Assembly: GCF_003334385.1 (NCBI RefSeq)
Contig: NZ_QOWN01000025.1
Reading direction: 5' to 3' (one strand)
Length of the DNA stretch: 64,000 nt
From: Escherichia coli
GTDB lineage: Bacteria > Pseudomonadota > Gammaproteobacteria > Enterobacterales > Enterobacteriaceae
The notes under the pieces are model-generated. The model was not told the DNA's origin. It searched no databases and was given only the letters and a program-made list of their open reading frames with translations. A program made the translations under genes and the position numbers. Every line of letters starts with the position of its first letter. Position 1 is the stretch's first letter. Shown here piece after piece: positions 24,133 to 36,464 of this stretch.

Positions 24133-24969
24133 ATGGCGCACGACGAACAATGGCTCACCCCACGTCTGCAAACGGCGGCAACGCTGTGTAACCAGACGCC
24201 CGCCGCGACGGAATCTCCGCTGTGGCTGGGGGTGGATCTGGGCACCTGCGATGTGGTGTCGATGGTTGTCGACCGCGACGGTCAGCCAGTGGCGGTATGC
24301 CTCGACTGGGCCGATGTGGTTCGCGACGGCATCGTCTGGGATTTCTTCGGCGCTGTCACCATTGTTCGTCGCCATCTCGACACGCTCGAGCAGCAATTCG
24401 GTCGTCGTTTTAGCCATGCGGCGACTTCATTTCCTCCAGGTACGGACCCGCGTATTTCCATCAACGTGCTGGAATCTGCCGGACTGGAAGTGAGCCATGT
24501 GCTGGATGAGCCAACCGCAGTTGCGGATCTGCTGCAACTGGACAACGCCGGTGTAGTGGATATCGGCGGCGGCACTACCGGCATTGCCATCGTGAAAAAG
24601 GGCAAGGTGACGTACTCGGCGGATGAAGCCACCGGCGGACATCACATCTCTCTGACTCTCGCCGGAAATCGCCGTATTTCGCTGGAAGAGGCGGAGCAGT
24701 ACAAGCGCGGTCACGGTGAAGAGATTTGGCCTGCGGTGAAACCGGTGTACGAAAAAATGGCGGACATTGTCGCCCGGCATATTGAAGGGCAGGGCATTAC
24801 TGATTTATGGCTGGCGGGCGGCTCTTGTATGCAACCGGGCGTGGCGGAACTGTTTCGCAAACAATTCCCGGCGTTACAGGTGCATTTACCGCAGCACAGT
24901 TTGTTTATGACCCCGCTGGCGATCGCCAGTAGTGGGCGAGAGAAAGCGGAGGGGCTATATGCAAAATGA
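24133..24969 (+). CDS. eutJ: chaperonin-like protein EutJ
   Basis: 278 aa; DnaK/actin-like ATPase fold. Confidence 0.9.
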   Translation: MAHDEQWLTPRLQTAATLCNQTPAATESPLWLGVDLGTCDVVSMVVDRDGQPVAVCLDWADVVRDGIVWDFFGAVTIVRRHLDTLEQQFGRRFSHAATSFPPGTDPRISINVLESAGLEVSHVLDEPTAVADLLQLDNAGVVDIGGGTTGIAIVKKGKVTYSADEATGGHHISLTLAGNRRISLEEAEQYKRGHGEEIWPAVKPVYEKMADIVARHIEGQGITDLWLAGGSCMQPGVAELFRKQFPALQVHLPQHSLFMTPLAIASSGREKAEGLYAK

Positions 24970-26146
24970 ATTGCAGACCGCGCTCTTTCAGGCGTTCGAT
25001 ACCCTGAATCTGCAACGGGTAAAAACATTTAGCGTTCCACCGGTGACGCTTTGCGGTCCGGGCTCGGTGAGCAGTTGCGGACAGCAAGCGCAAACGCGTG
25101 GGCTGAAACATCTGTTCGTGATGGCAGACAGCTTTTTGCATCAGGCAGGGATGACCGCCGGGCTGACGCGTAGCCTGACCGTTAAAGGTATCGCCATGAC
25201 GCTCTGGCCATGTCCGGTGGGCGAACCGTGCATTACCGACGTGTGTGCAGCCGTGGCGCAGTTGCGTGAGTCAGGCTGTGATGGGGTGATCGCGTTTGGC
25301 GGCGGCTCGGTGCTGGATGCGGCGAAAGCCGTGACGTTGCTGGTGACGAACCCGGATAGCACGCTGGCAGAGATGTCAGAAACCAGCGTTCTGCAACCGC
25401 GCTTGCCGCTGATTGCCATTCCAACTACCGCCGGAACCGGCTCTGAAACCACCAATGTAACGGTGATTATCGACGCGGTGAGCGGGCGCAAGCAGGTGTT
25501 AGCCCATGCCTCGCTGATGCCGGATGTGGCGATCCTCGACGCCGCATTGACCGAAGGTGTGCCGTCGCATGTCACGGCGATGACCGGCATTGATGCGTTA
25601 ACCCATGCCATTGAAGCATACAGCGCCCTGAACGCTACACCGTTTACCGACAGTCTGGCGATTGGTGCCATTGCGATGATTGGCAAATCGCTGCCGAAAG
25701 CGGTGGGCTACGGTCACGACCTTGCCGCGCGCGAGAGCATGTTGCTGGCTTCATGTATGGCGGGAATGGCGTTTTCCAGTGCGGGTCTTGGGTTGTGCCA
25801 CGCGATGGCGCATCAGCCGGGCGCGGCGCTGCATATTCCGCACGGTCTCGCGAACGCCATGTTGCTGCCAACGGTGATGGAATTTAACCGGATGGTTTGT
25901 CGTGAACGCTTTAGTCAGATTGGTCGGGCACTGCGAACTAAAAAATCCGACGATCGTGACGCTATTAACGCGGTAAGTGAGCTGATTGCGGAAGTTGGGA
26001 TTGGTAAACGACTGGGCGATGTTGGTGCGACATCTGCGCATTACGGCGCATGGGCGCAGGCCGCGCTGGAAGATATTTGTCTGCGCAGTAACCCGCGTAC
26101 CGCCAGCCTGGAGCAGATTGTCGGCCTGTACGCAGCGGCGCAATAA
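24959..26146 (+). CDS. eutG: iron-containing alcohol dehydrogenase EutG
   Basis: ORF 24932..26146; Met at 24959 gives 395 aa; Fe-ADH motifs. Confidence 0.9.
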   Translation: MQNELQTALFQAFDTLNLQRVKTFSVPPVTLCGPGSVSSCGQQAQTRGLKHLFVMADSFLHQAGMTAGLTRSLTVKGIAMTLWPCPVGEPCITDVCAAVAQLRESGCDGVIAFGGGSVLDAAKAVTLLVTNPDSTLAEMSETSVLQPRLPLIAIPTTAGTGSETTNVTVIIDAVSGRKQVLAHASLMPDVAILDAALTEGVPSHVTAMTGIDALTHAIEAYSALNATPFTDSLAIGAIAMIGKSLPKAVGYGHDLAARESMLLASCMAGMAFSSAGLGLCHAMAHQPGAALHIPHGLANAMLLPTVMEFNRMVCRERFSQIGRALRTKKSDDRDAINAVSELIAEVGIGKRLGDVGATSAHYGAWAQAALEDICLRSNPRTASLEQIVGLYAAAQ

Positions 26147-26148
26147 AT

Positions 26149-26335
<187 letters not shown>

Positions 26336-26362
26336 AATAACAACTAACAGGGAGTAAAGGCG

Positions 26363-27589
26363 ATGGGAATTAACGAAATCATCATGTACATCATGATGTT
26401 CTTTATGCTGATAGCTGCCGTAGACAGGATCCTGTCGCAGTTCGGCGGTTCTGCTCGTTTCCTCGGTAAGTTCGGTAAAAGTATCGAAGGATCAGGCGGT
26501 CAGTTCGAAGAAGGCTTTATGGCAATGGGCGCACTGGGCCTGGCGATGGTCGGTATGACCGCGCTGGCACCGGTACTGGCTCACGTTCTCGGGCCGGTAA
26601 TTATTCCGGTTTACGAAATGCTCGGCGCTAACCCATCGATGTTCGCCGGAACACTGCTGGCGTGCGATATGGGCGGCTTCTTCCTCGCCAAAGAGCTGGC
26701 GGGCGGCGACGTAGCCGCGTGGCTATACTCTGGGTTAATTCTCGGGTCGATGATGGGGCCAACGATTGTGTTTTCCATTCCGGTGGCGCTCGGCATTATC
26801 GAACCTTCTGACCGTCGTTATCTGGCGCTCGGCGTGCTGGCGGGCATTGTGACCATTCCGATTGGTTGTATCGCTGGTGGTCTGGTTGCTATGTACTCCG
26901 GTGTGCAGATCAACGGCCAGCCGGTGGAATTCACTTTCGCCCTGATCCTGATGAACATGATCCCGGTGATCATTGTTGCGATTCTGGTGGCGCTGGGGCT
27001 GAAATTCATCCCGGAAAAAATGATCAACGGCTTCCAGATCTTCGCCAAATTCCTCGTTGCATTGATCACCCTCGGTCTTGCCGCTGCGGTAGTGAAATTC
27101 CTGCTTGGCTGGGAACTGATCCCCGGTCTGGATCCTATCTTTATGGCCCCTGGCGATAAACCCGGTGAGGTGATGCGCGCCATTGAAGTTATCGGTTCTA
27201 TCTCCTGCGTTCTGTTAGGGGCGTATCCGATGGTGCTGCTGCTGACTCGCTGGTTTGAAAAACCGCTGATGAGCGTCGGTAAAGTACTGAATATGAACAA
27301 CATCGCGGCAGCCGGCATGGTGGCAACGCTTGCCAACAACATCCCGATGTTCGGCATGATGAAGCAGATGGATACCCGCGGCAAAGTCATCAACTGCGCC
27401 TTCGCCGTTTCCGCTGCTTTCGCCCTGGGCGACCACTTAGGCTTCGCCGCTGCCAACATGAACGCCATGATCTTCCCGATGATTGTCGGCAAGTTGATCG
27501 GCGGCGTAACGGCGATTGGCGTGGCGATGATGCTGGTGCCAAAAGAAGACGCGACCGCGACTAAAACCGAAGCGGAGGCACAATCGTGA
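26363..27589 (+). CDS. eutH: ethanolamine permease EutH
   Basis: 408 aa polytopic membrane protein; matches EutH. Confidence 0.92.
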   Translation: MGINEIIMYIMMFFMLIAAVDRILSQFGGSARFLGKFGKSIEGSGGQFEEGFMAMGALGLAMVGMTALAPVLAHVLGPVIIPVYEMLGANPSMFAGTLLACDMGGFFLAKELAGGDVAAWLYSGLILGSMMGPTIVFSIPVALGIIEPSDRRYLALGVLAGIVTIPIGCIAGGLVAMYSGVQINGQPVEFTFALILMNMIPVIIVAILVALGLKFIPEKMINGFQIFAKFLVALITLGLAAAVVKFLLGWELIPGLDPIFMAPGDKPGEVMRAIEVIGSISCVLLGAYPMVLLLTRWFEKPLMSVGKVLNMNNIAAAGMVATLANNIPMFGMMKQMDTRGKVINCAFAVSAAFALGDHLGFAAANMNAMIFPMIVGKLIGGVTAIGVAMMLVPKEDATATKTEAEAQS

Positions 27590-28989
27590 ACACTCGCCAG
27601 CTATTGAGCGTCGGTATCGATATCGGCACCACCACCACCCAGGTGATTTTCTCCCGGCTGGAGCTGGTTAACCGTGCGGCGGTGTCGCAGGTGCCGCGCT
27701 ACGAATTCATTAAACGCGAAATTAGCTGGCAAAGTCCGGTGTTCTTTACCCCTGTCGATAAACAGGGCGGTTTAAAAGAAGCGGAACTGAAAACCTTAAT
27801 ACTCGAGCAATATCATGCTGCGGGTATTGAGCCGGAAAGCGTTGATTCTGGTGCCATCATCATCACCGGTGAAAGCGCGAAAACCCGCAATGCTCGCCCG
27901 GCGGTGATGGCGCTCTCTCAGTCGCTGGGCGATTTTGTCGTTGCCAGCGCCGGGCCGCACCTCGAATCCGTGATCGCCGGTCACGGAGCCGGGGCACAAA
28001 CCCTTTCTGAACAACGGCTGTGTCGGGTACTGAATATCGACATCGGCGGTGGCACCGCGAACTACGCCCTGTTCGATGCCGGAAAAATCAGCGGCACTGC
28101 CTGCCTCAACGTCGGTGGTCGCCTGCTGGAAACCGACAGCCACGGGCGCGTGGTTTACGCTCATAAACCGGGGCAGATGATTGTGGATGAGTGCTTCGGT
28201 GCAGGCACCGACGCCCGTTCGCTGACCGGCGCGCAGCTGGTGCAGGTGACCCGGCGGATGGCAGAACTGATTGTCGAAGTGATTGACGGAACGCTCTCAC
28301 CGCTCGCGCAGGCATTGATGCAAACCGGTTTGCTGCCCGCAGGTGTTACGCCCGAAATCATTACGCTTTCTGGCGGCGTGGGCGAATGTTATCGCCACCA
28401 GCCCGCCGACCCGTTCTGTTTTGCCGATATTGGCCCGCTGCTGGCAACTGCGCTGCATGACCATCCGCGCCTGCGTGAGATGAACGTACAGTTTCCGGCG
28501 CAAACCGTGCGCGCCACGGTGATTGGCGCGGGCGCGCATACCCTTTCGCTCTCTGGCAGCACAATCTGGCTTGAGGGCGTACAACTGCCGCTGCGCAATT
28601 TGCCGGTGGCGATCCCGATTGATGAAACGGATCTGGTGGGGGCCTGGCAACAGGCGCTGATTCAGCTGGATCTTGATCCCAAAACTGACGCGTACGTGCT
28701 GGCGCTTCCCGCCTCGCTGCCTGTGCGTTACGCCGCGGTACTGACGGTCATCAACGCGTTGGTCGATTTCGTCGCGCGTTTTCCGAATCCGCATCCCCTG
28801 CTGGTGGTGGCCGGGCAGGACTTTGGTAAAGCTCTGGGCATGTTGTTGCGCCCACAGCTACAACAACTCCCGTTGGCAGTCATTGACGAAGTGATTGTCC
28901 GCGCGGGGGACTATATCGACATTGGTACGCCTCTTTTTGGCGGATCGGTTGTGCCGGTGACGGTGAAATCACTCGCATTTCCTTCCTGA
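27586..28989 (+). CDS. eutA: ethanolamine ammonia-lyase reactivase EutA
   Basis: 467 aa; matches EutA. Confidence 0.92.
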   Translation: MNTRQLLSVGIDIGTTTTQVIFSRLELVNRAAVSQVPRYEFIKREISWQSPVFFTPVDKQGGLKEAELKTLILEQYHAAGIEPESVDSGAIIITGESAKTRNARPAVMALSQSLGDFVVASAGPHLESVIAGHGAGAQTLSEQRLCRVLNIDIGGGTANYALFDAGKISGTACLNVGGRLLETDSHGRVVYAHKPGQMIVDECFGAGTDARSLTGAQLVQVTRRMAELIVEVIDGTLSPLAQALMQTGLLPAGVTPEIITLSGGVGECYRHQPADPFCFADIGPLLATALHDHPRLREMNVQFPAQTVRATVIGAGAHTLSLSGSTIWLEGVQLPLRNLPVAIPIDETDLVGAWQQALIQLDLDPKTDAYVLALPASLPVRYAAVLTVINALVDFVARFPNPHPLLVVAGQDFGKALGMLLRPQLQQLPLAVIDEVIVRAGDYIDIGTPLFGGSVVPVTVKSLAFPS

Positions 28990-29000
28990 GGGAACGACTT

Positions 29001-30363
29001 ATGAAACTAAAGACCACATTGTTCGGCAATGTATATCAGTTTAAGGATGTAAAAGAGGTGCTGGCTAAAGCCAACGAACTGCGTTCGGGGGATGTGCTGG
29101 CGGGCGTCGCAGCGGCAAGCTCACAGGAGCGCGTGGCGGCAAAGCAGGTGTTGTCGGAAATGACCGTAGCGGACATCCGCAATAATCCGGTGATTGCCTA
29201 TGAAGATGACTGCGTGACGCGGCTGATTCAGGACGATGTTAACGAAACGGCCTACAACCAGATTAAAAACTGGAGCATCAGCGAACTGCGTGAGTATGTG
29301 CTGAGCGATGAAACCAGCGTGGACGACATTGCCTTTACCCGCAAAGGGCTGACCTCGGAAGTGGTCGCGGCGGTAGCGAAGATTTGCTCCAACGCGGACC
29401 TGATCTACGGCGCGAAGAAAATGCCGGTAATCAAAAAGGCCAATACCACCATCGGTATTCCGGGCACCTTTAGCGCCCGTTTGCAGCCAAATGACACCCG
29501 TGACGACGTGCAAAGTATCGCCGCGCAAATCTACGAAGGGCTTTCCTTCGGGGTGGGCGATGCGGTGATCGGCGTTAACCCGGTGACTGACGACGTGGAA
29601 AACTTAAGCCGCGTGTTGGATACCATCTATGGCGTGATCGACAAATTCAACATCCCAACTCAGGGCTGTGTACTGGCGCACGTCACCACCCAGATCGAAG
29701 CGATCCGTCGTGGCGCACCGGGCGGGCTGATTTTCCAGAGTATCTGTGGCAGCGAAAAAGGGCTGAAAGAGTTTGGCGTGGAGCTGGCGATGCTCGACGA
29801 AGCGCGCGCAGTGGGCGCGGAGTTCAACCGTATCGCCGGGGGAAAACTGCCTCTACTTCGAAACCGGACAAGGCTCTGCGCTATCCGCTGGCGCTAACTT
29901 CGGCGCAGACCAGGTAACGATGGAAGCACGTAACTACGGGCTGGCGCGTCATTACGATCCGTTTATCGTCAACACCGTGGTCGGCTTTATTGGGCCGGAG
30001 TATCTCTACAACGACCGCCAGATTATCCGTGCTGGCTTAGAAGATCACTTTATGGGCAAGCTGAGCGGCATCTCTATGGGCTGTGACTGCTGTTATACCA
30101 ACCACGCTGACGCTGACCAGAACCTCAACGAAAACCTGATGATCCTGCTCGCCACCGCAGGCTGCAACTACATCATGGGGATGCCGCTGGGTGATGACAT
30201 CATGCTCAACTACCAGACCACCGCATTCCACGATACCGCCACTGTGCGTCAGTTACTCAACCTGCGCCCGTCACCGGAGTTTGAACGCTGGCTGGAAAGC
30301 ATGGGCATTATGGCAAACGGTCGCCTGACCAAACGGGCGGGCGATCCGTCACTGTTCTTCTGA
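29001..30363 (+). pseudogene. eutB: ethanolamine ammonia-lyase heavy chain EutB, interrupted by +1 frameshift (or homopolymer sequencing error)
   Basis: ORF 29001..29897 matches EutB residues 1 to about 281, then diverges after ...EFNRIAG; ORF 29773..30363 in the +1 frame matches the EutB C-terminus from ENCLYFETGQGS... to the end; the shift coincides with the G5 run at 29838..29842 where gcc ggg gaa aac is expected. Confidence 0.8.
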
Positions 30364-30383
30364 TGACGCGGAGATAACATATC

Positions 30384-31271
30384 ATGGATCAAAAACAGAT
30401 TGAAGAAATTGTACGCAGCGTGATGGCGTCAATGGGACAAGCGGCCCCCGCGCCGTCAGAAGCAAAGTGCGCCACCACCAACTGTGCGGCACCGGTGACC
30501 TCGGAAAGCTGTGCGCTGGATTTAGGTTCCGCTGAAGCAAAAGCGTGGATTGGTGTTGAAAATCCGCATCGCGCAGACGTATTAACAGAACTGCGCCGCA
30601 GCACCGTGGCCCGCGTTTGTACCGGTCGTGCCGGTCCGCGTCCACGTACGCAGGCGCTGCTGCGTTTCCTGGCCGATCACTCTCGTTCGAAAGATACCGT
30701 ACTGAAAGAAGTGCCGGAAGAGTGGGTGAAAGCGCAGGGCTTGCTGGAAGTACGCTCTGAAATTAGCGACAAAAATCTCTACCTGACTCGCCCGGATATG
30801 GGCCGCCGCCTGTGTGCAGAAGCTGTTGAAGCGCTGAAAGCGCAGTGTGTTGCCAATCCGGACGTACAGGTCGTTATTTCTGATGGCCTGTCAACTGATG
30901 CGATCACCGTGAACTACGAAGAGATCCTGCCACCGCTGATGGCGGGCCTGAAACAGGCCGGGCTGAAAGTCGGTACACCATTCTTTGTTCGTTATGGTCG
31001 CGTGAAGATTGAAGATCAGATCGGTGAGATCCTCGGCGCGAAAGTAGTGATCCTGCTGGTGGGCGAACGTCCGGGGTTGGGTCAGTCAGAAAGCCTCTCC
31101 TGCTACGCCGTTTACTCGCCGCGTATGGCGACCACCGTTGAGGCCGATCGCACCTGTATCTCTAACATTCACCAGGGCGGCACGCCGCCGGTTGAAGCCG
31201 CAGCCGTCATTGTGGATTTGGCGAAACGTATGCTGGAGCAGAAAGCATCCGGCATCAACATGACCCGATAA
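30384..31271 (+). CDS. eutC: ethanolamine ammonia-lyase light chain EutC
   Basis: 295 aa; matches EutC. Confidence 0.92.
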
Positions 31272-31280
31272 GGAGGCATC

Positions 31281-31940
31281 ATGCCAGCTTTAGATTTGAT
31301 TCGACCGTCTGTCACCGCTATGCGGGTGATTGCCTCCGTTAACGCCGATTTTGCGCGTGAACTGAAATTGCCGCCGCATATTCGTAGCCTCGGTCTGATT
31401 TCTGCCGACTCCGATGACGTCACCTACATTGCCGCTGATGAAGCGACCAAGCAGGCGATGGTGGAAGTGGTGTATGGCCGCTCGCTATATGCGGGCGCTG
31501 CACACGGCCCGTCACCGACTGCCGGTGAAGTGCTGATTATGCTTGGTGGGCCAAACCCGGCGGAAGTGCGTGCAGGTCTGGATGCGATGATTGCGCATAT
31601 TGAAAATGGCGCAGCTTTCCAGTGGGCTAATGACGCGCAAGATACGGCATTCCTGGCACATGTAGTTTCGCGTACCGGTTCTTATCTCTCATCAACCGCC
31701 GGGATCACGCTTGGCGATCCGATGGCGTATCTGGTGGCACCGCCGCTGGAAGCGACCTATGGCATTGATGCAGCCCTGAAGTCTGCCGACGTACAGCTGG
31801 CGACCTATGTCCCGCCACCGTCTGAAACCAACTACTCGGCAGCATTTTTAACCGGTAGCCAGGCAGCGTGTAAAGCAGCCTGTAACGCCTTTACCGATGC
31901 AGTGCTGGAAATCGCGCGTAATCCAATCCAGCGTGCGTAA
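31281..31940 (+). CDS. eutL: BMC shell protein EutL (tandem BMC domain)
   Basis: 219 aa; matches EutL. Confidence 0.92.
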   Translation: MPALDLIRPSVTAMRVIASVNADFARELKLPPHIRSLGLISADSDDVTYIAADEATKQAMVEVVYGRSLYAGAAHGPSPTAGEVLIMLGGPNPAEVRAGLDAMIAHIENGAAFQWANDAQDTAFLAHVVSRTGSYLSSTAGITLGDPMAYLVAPPLEATYGIDAALKSADVQLATYVPPPSETNYSAAFLTGSQAACKAACNAFTDAVLEIARNPIQRA

Positions 31941-31952
31941 CGGAGGTTGCCG

Positions 31953-32453
31953 ATGATCAATGCACTGGGATTGCTGGAAGTGGACGGCATGGTCGCCGCG
32001 ATAGATGCAGCGGATGCCATGCTCAAAGCAGCTAACGTTCGTCTGCTCAGTCACGAAGTGCTTGACCCTGGTCGCTTAACGCTGGTGGTGGAAGGCGATC
32101 TGGCGGCGTGTCGTGCGGCGCTGGACGCAGGTTGTGCTGCCGCGATGCGTACCGGGCGTGTCATCAGCCGCAAGGAGATCGGTCGGCCAGACGATGACAC
32201 CCAGTGGCTGGTTACTGGCTTTAACCGCCAGCCGAAGCAACCCGTAAGGGAACCCGACGCGCCAGTTATCGTCGCGGAATCTGCTGACGAGTTGTTGGCG
32301 CTGTTAACATCAGTACGTCAGGGAATGACGGCAGGAGAAGTGGCTGCCCACTTTGGCTGGCCGCTGGAAAAAGCCAGAAATGCGCTCGAACAGCTCTTTT
32401 CTGCCGGGACGTTACGTAAACGCAGTAGTCGTTATCGTCTCAAGCCCCATTAA
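31953..32453 (+). CDS. eutK: BMC shell protein EutK
   Basis: 166 aa from MINALGLLEV...; BMC domain plus C-terminal extension. Confidence 0.9.
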   Translation: MINALGLLEVDGMVAAIDAADAMLKAANVRLLSHEVLDPGRLTLVVEGDLAACRAALDAGCAAAMRTGRVISRKEIGRPDDDTQWLVTGFNRQPKQPVREPDAPVIVAESADELLALLTSVRQGMTAGEVAAHFGWPLEKARNALEQLFSAGTLRKRSSRYRLKPH

Positions 32454-32498
32454 CCTGTCGGAGGTGCCGGGTGTCCTACAACACCCGGCATTAACATC

Positions 32499-33551
32499 AT
32501 GAAAAAGACCCGTACAGCCAATTTGCACCATCTTTATCATGAACCCTTACCCGAAAACCTGAAGCTCACGCCGAAGGTCGAAGTGGATAATGTTCATCAA
32601 CGACAGACAACGGATGTCTATGAACATGCTTTAACGATTACCGCCTGGCAGCAGATTTACGATCAGCTGCATCCGGGCAAGTTTCATGGTGAATTTACGG
32701 AAATTCTACTCGATGATATTCAGGTTTTTCGTGAATACACCGGTCTGGCGCTGCGTCAGTCGTGCCTGGTCTGGCCGAACTCGTTCTGGTTTGGCATTCC
32801 GGCGACGCGCGGTGAGCAGGGATTTATCGGTTCGCAATGTCTGGGAAGCGCGGAAATCGCCACCCGCCCTGGTGGCACTGAATTTGAACTGAGCACGCCG
32901 GATGATTACACGATCCTGGGCGTGGTGCTTTCTGAAGATGTCATCACCCGGCAGGCTAACTTTTTGCATAACCCGGATCGGGTATTACATATGTTGCGTA
33001 ACCAGTCGGCGCTGGAAGTGAAAGAGCAGCATAAAGCCGCGCTGTGGGGCTTTGTCCAACAGGCGCTGGCGACGTTTTGCGAGAATCCGGAAAATCTCCA
33101 TCAGCCTGCAGTGCGAAAAGTGCTGGGGGATAATTTGCTAATGGCGATGGGGGCCATGCTGGAAGAAGCGCAACCAATGGTGACGGCGGAAAGCATCAGT
33201 CATCAGAGTTACCGTCGATTGCTTTCCCGCGCCCGTGAATATGTGCTGGAAAACATGTCCGAACCGGTGACGGTGCTGGATTTGTGTAATCAACTGCATG
33301 TCAGCCGCCGCACGCTACAAAACGCGTTTCACGCTATTTTAGGCATTGGCCCGAACGCGTGGCTGAAACGCATTCGCCTGAACGCCGTACGCCGCGAACT
33401 GATAAGTCCGTGGTCGCAAAGTATGACGGTAAAAGACGCCGCCATGCAGTGGGGATTCTGGCATCTGGGGCAATTTGCCACGGATTACCAGCAGCTGTTT
33501 TCCGAGAAGCCGTCACTGACGCTGCATCAGCGGATGCGGGAGTGGGGGTGA
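32499..33551 (+). CDS. eutR: AraC-family activator of the eut operon EutR
   Basis: 350 aa; C-terminal AraC HTH. Confidence 0.92.
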
Positions 33552-33556
33552 GGGAG

Positions 33557-34459
<903 letters not shown>

Positions 34460-35329
34460 TTATCGCTTTTTCGAATGTGCTTTCTGGTTGTCGAACCAGT
34501 GGAAATAACTGATCACGCCTTCAGCAATCGCTGTGGCGATTTTCTGACGAAACGCCGCCGTGCCTAACAGCCGTTCTTCTTCCGGGTTGGTGATAAACGA
34601 GGTTTCCACCAGCACCGAAGGAACCGACGGTGATTTCAACACCACAAATGCCGCTTGTTCGGTGTTGCGGCTGTGCAGTTTATGCACCGGCTTAATCTTC
34701 TTCAGAATATGCGAGCCGAGCGTCAGACTATTTTTAATGGTATCTGTTTGCACCAGATCAAACAGCACTTGTTGCAATAGGTGATCCTTGTCAGTCGCCT
34801 TTTTACCGGCAACTTCATCGGCGCGGTTTTCGCGTTCAGACAGGTATTTCGCCATTGCGCTACTTGCCCCACGGTTAGAGAGGGCAAATACCGAAGCACC
34901 GGCAGCTTTCGGGTTGGTAAAGCCATCGGCATGAATTGACATAAACAGATCTGCGCCATGTTTATGGGCGATTTCAACGCGATCGTAAAGTGGGATAAAC
35001 GTATCGCCAGAACGCGTTAAACGCGCATCAATCCCATGATTACGCAAAATGGAACGGACGTTTTTAGCAATCGCCAGCACCACATGTTTTTCTTTCGAAC
35101 CGTTGCGTCCGATCGCTCCGGTATCAATTCCGCCGTGACCTGGATCGAGAACAACGACACGTTTGCCGCCAGATTTTTTGGCTTTCGGCTTGCTGTGTCC
35201 GTTGCTGGTTTTTAAAAGTTCGTCTTTGGCGATGGCTTGCGACATTCCTGACAACGTCAGGGCAGCCAAACCGGCTTTCAGCACCTGGCGGCGCGAAGTG
35301 AGTGTTTTTAGTGGTTTAAAAGTGCTCAT
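34460..35329 (-). CDS. amiA: N-acetylmuramoyl-L-alanine amidase AmiA
   Basis: 289 aa; twin-arginine signal TSRRQVLKAG; Amidase_3 domain. Confidence 0.93.
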   Translation of the reverse strand: MSTFKPLKTLTSRRQVLKAGLAALTLSGMSQAIAKDELLKTSNGHSKPKAKKSGGKRVVVLDPGHGGIDTGAIGRNGSKEKHVVLAIAKNVRSILRNHGIDARLTRSGDTFIPLYDRVEIAHKHGADLFMSIHADGFTNPKAAGASVFALSNRGASSAMAKYLSERENRADEVAGKKATDKDHLLQQVLFDLVQTDTIKNSLTLGSHILKKIKPVHKLHSRNTEQAAFVVLKSPSVPSVLVETSFITNPEEERLLGTAAFRQKIATAIAEGVISYFHWFDNQKAHSKKR

Positions 35330-35542
35330 ACGGCCTGAGTTGTAATAATAAAGTTCCAGATGTTATATCGTATCGCGTAATCCGTTACGACGGTTTGCTG
35401 TTGAGAATTGTTTTACTTTTCATTTCAATAGTTGACAACTCCCCATTATGCCACTTTTTCAACCGATTTTCGTCAGATATTGGCTAATTCGACCGTTCAC
35501 GCCATAATCAGCCTTTTAACCCGCAAAAAGGTAACGAATACC

Positions 35543-35968
35543 ATGGAGATACGCGTATTTCGCCAGGAAGATTTCGAAGAGGTCATCACCCTTTGGGAGC
35601 GTTGCGACTTGCTGCGTCCGTGGAACGATCCGGAAATGGACATCGAGCGTAAGATGAACCATGACGTCAGTTTGTTTTTGGTCGCTGAGGTAAACGGTGA
35701 CGTGGTCGGAACGGTGATGGGCGGTTATGACGGGCATCGCGGGTCTGCTTATTATCTTGGCGTGCATCCAGAGTTTCGTGGGCGTGGGATTGCCAATGCG
35801 TTGCTTAATCGGCTGGAGAAAAAGCTGATTGCTCGTGGCTGCCCGAAAATTCAGATCAATGTGCCGGAAGATAACGACATGGTGCTCGGAATGTATGAAC
35901 GCCTGGGATATGAACACGCCGACGTGCTGAGTCTGGGTAAGCGTTTGATTGAAGATGAAGAGTACTGA
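35543..35968 (+). CDS. ypeA: GNAT acetyltransferase YpeA
   Basis: ORF 35432..35968; Met at 35543 gives 141 aa ([14 protein letters not shown]...). Confidence 0.88.
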   Translation: MEIRVFRQEDFEEVITLWERCDLLRPWNDPEMDIERKMNHDVSLFLVAEVNGDVVGTVMGGYDGHRGSAYYLGVHPEFRGRGIANALLNRLEKKLIARGCPKIQINVPEDNDMVLGMYERLGYEHADVLSLGKRLIEDEEY

Positions 35969-36404
35969 GTTTCATCCTGTCCATTATGATGCGCACGGTC
36001 GCCTGCGTTTACCCTTGCTCTTCTGGCTTGTGCTATTGCTTCAGGCGCGAACCTGGGTGCTGTTTGTCATTGCCGGTGCGTCGCGCGAGCAGGGTACTGC
36101 GCTGCTAAATCTGTTTTATCCCGATCACGATAATTTCTGGCTGGGGCTGATTCCTGGCATTCCGGCGGTGCTGGCGTTTTTGTTGAGCGGTCGGCGGGCT
36201 ACGTTTCCTCGCACCTGGCGTGTACTCTATTTTCTGTTGCTGTTGGCGCAGGTGGTTTTACTTTGCTGGCAACCGTGGCTGTGGCTGAACGGTGAATCCG
36301 TTAGCGGTATCGGTCTGGCGCTGGTAGTGGCGGATATTGTGGCGTTAATCTGGCTGCTGACCAATCGACGTTTACGCGCTTGTTTTAATGAAGTAAAAGA
36401 ATAA
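35955..36404 (+). CDS. yfeZ: inner membrane protein YfeZ
   Basis: About 149 aa hydrophobic protein; overlaps the ypeA 3' end. Confidence 0.85.
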   Translation: MKSTEFHPVHYDAHGRLRLPLLFWLVLLLQARTWVLFVIAGASREQGTALLNLFYPDHDNFWLGLIPGIPAVLAFLLSGRRATFPRTWRVLYFLLLLAQVVLLCWQPWLWLNGESVSGIGLALVVADIVALIWLLTNRRLRACFNEVKE

Positions 36405-36464
36405 CGGCACTTTTTGGTGAATTTGCACTCCAAGCAACGTTATTGAATAACCAAAGGAAGTGAC

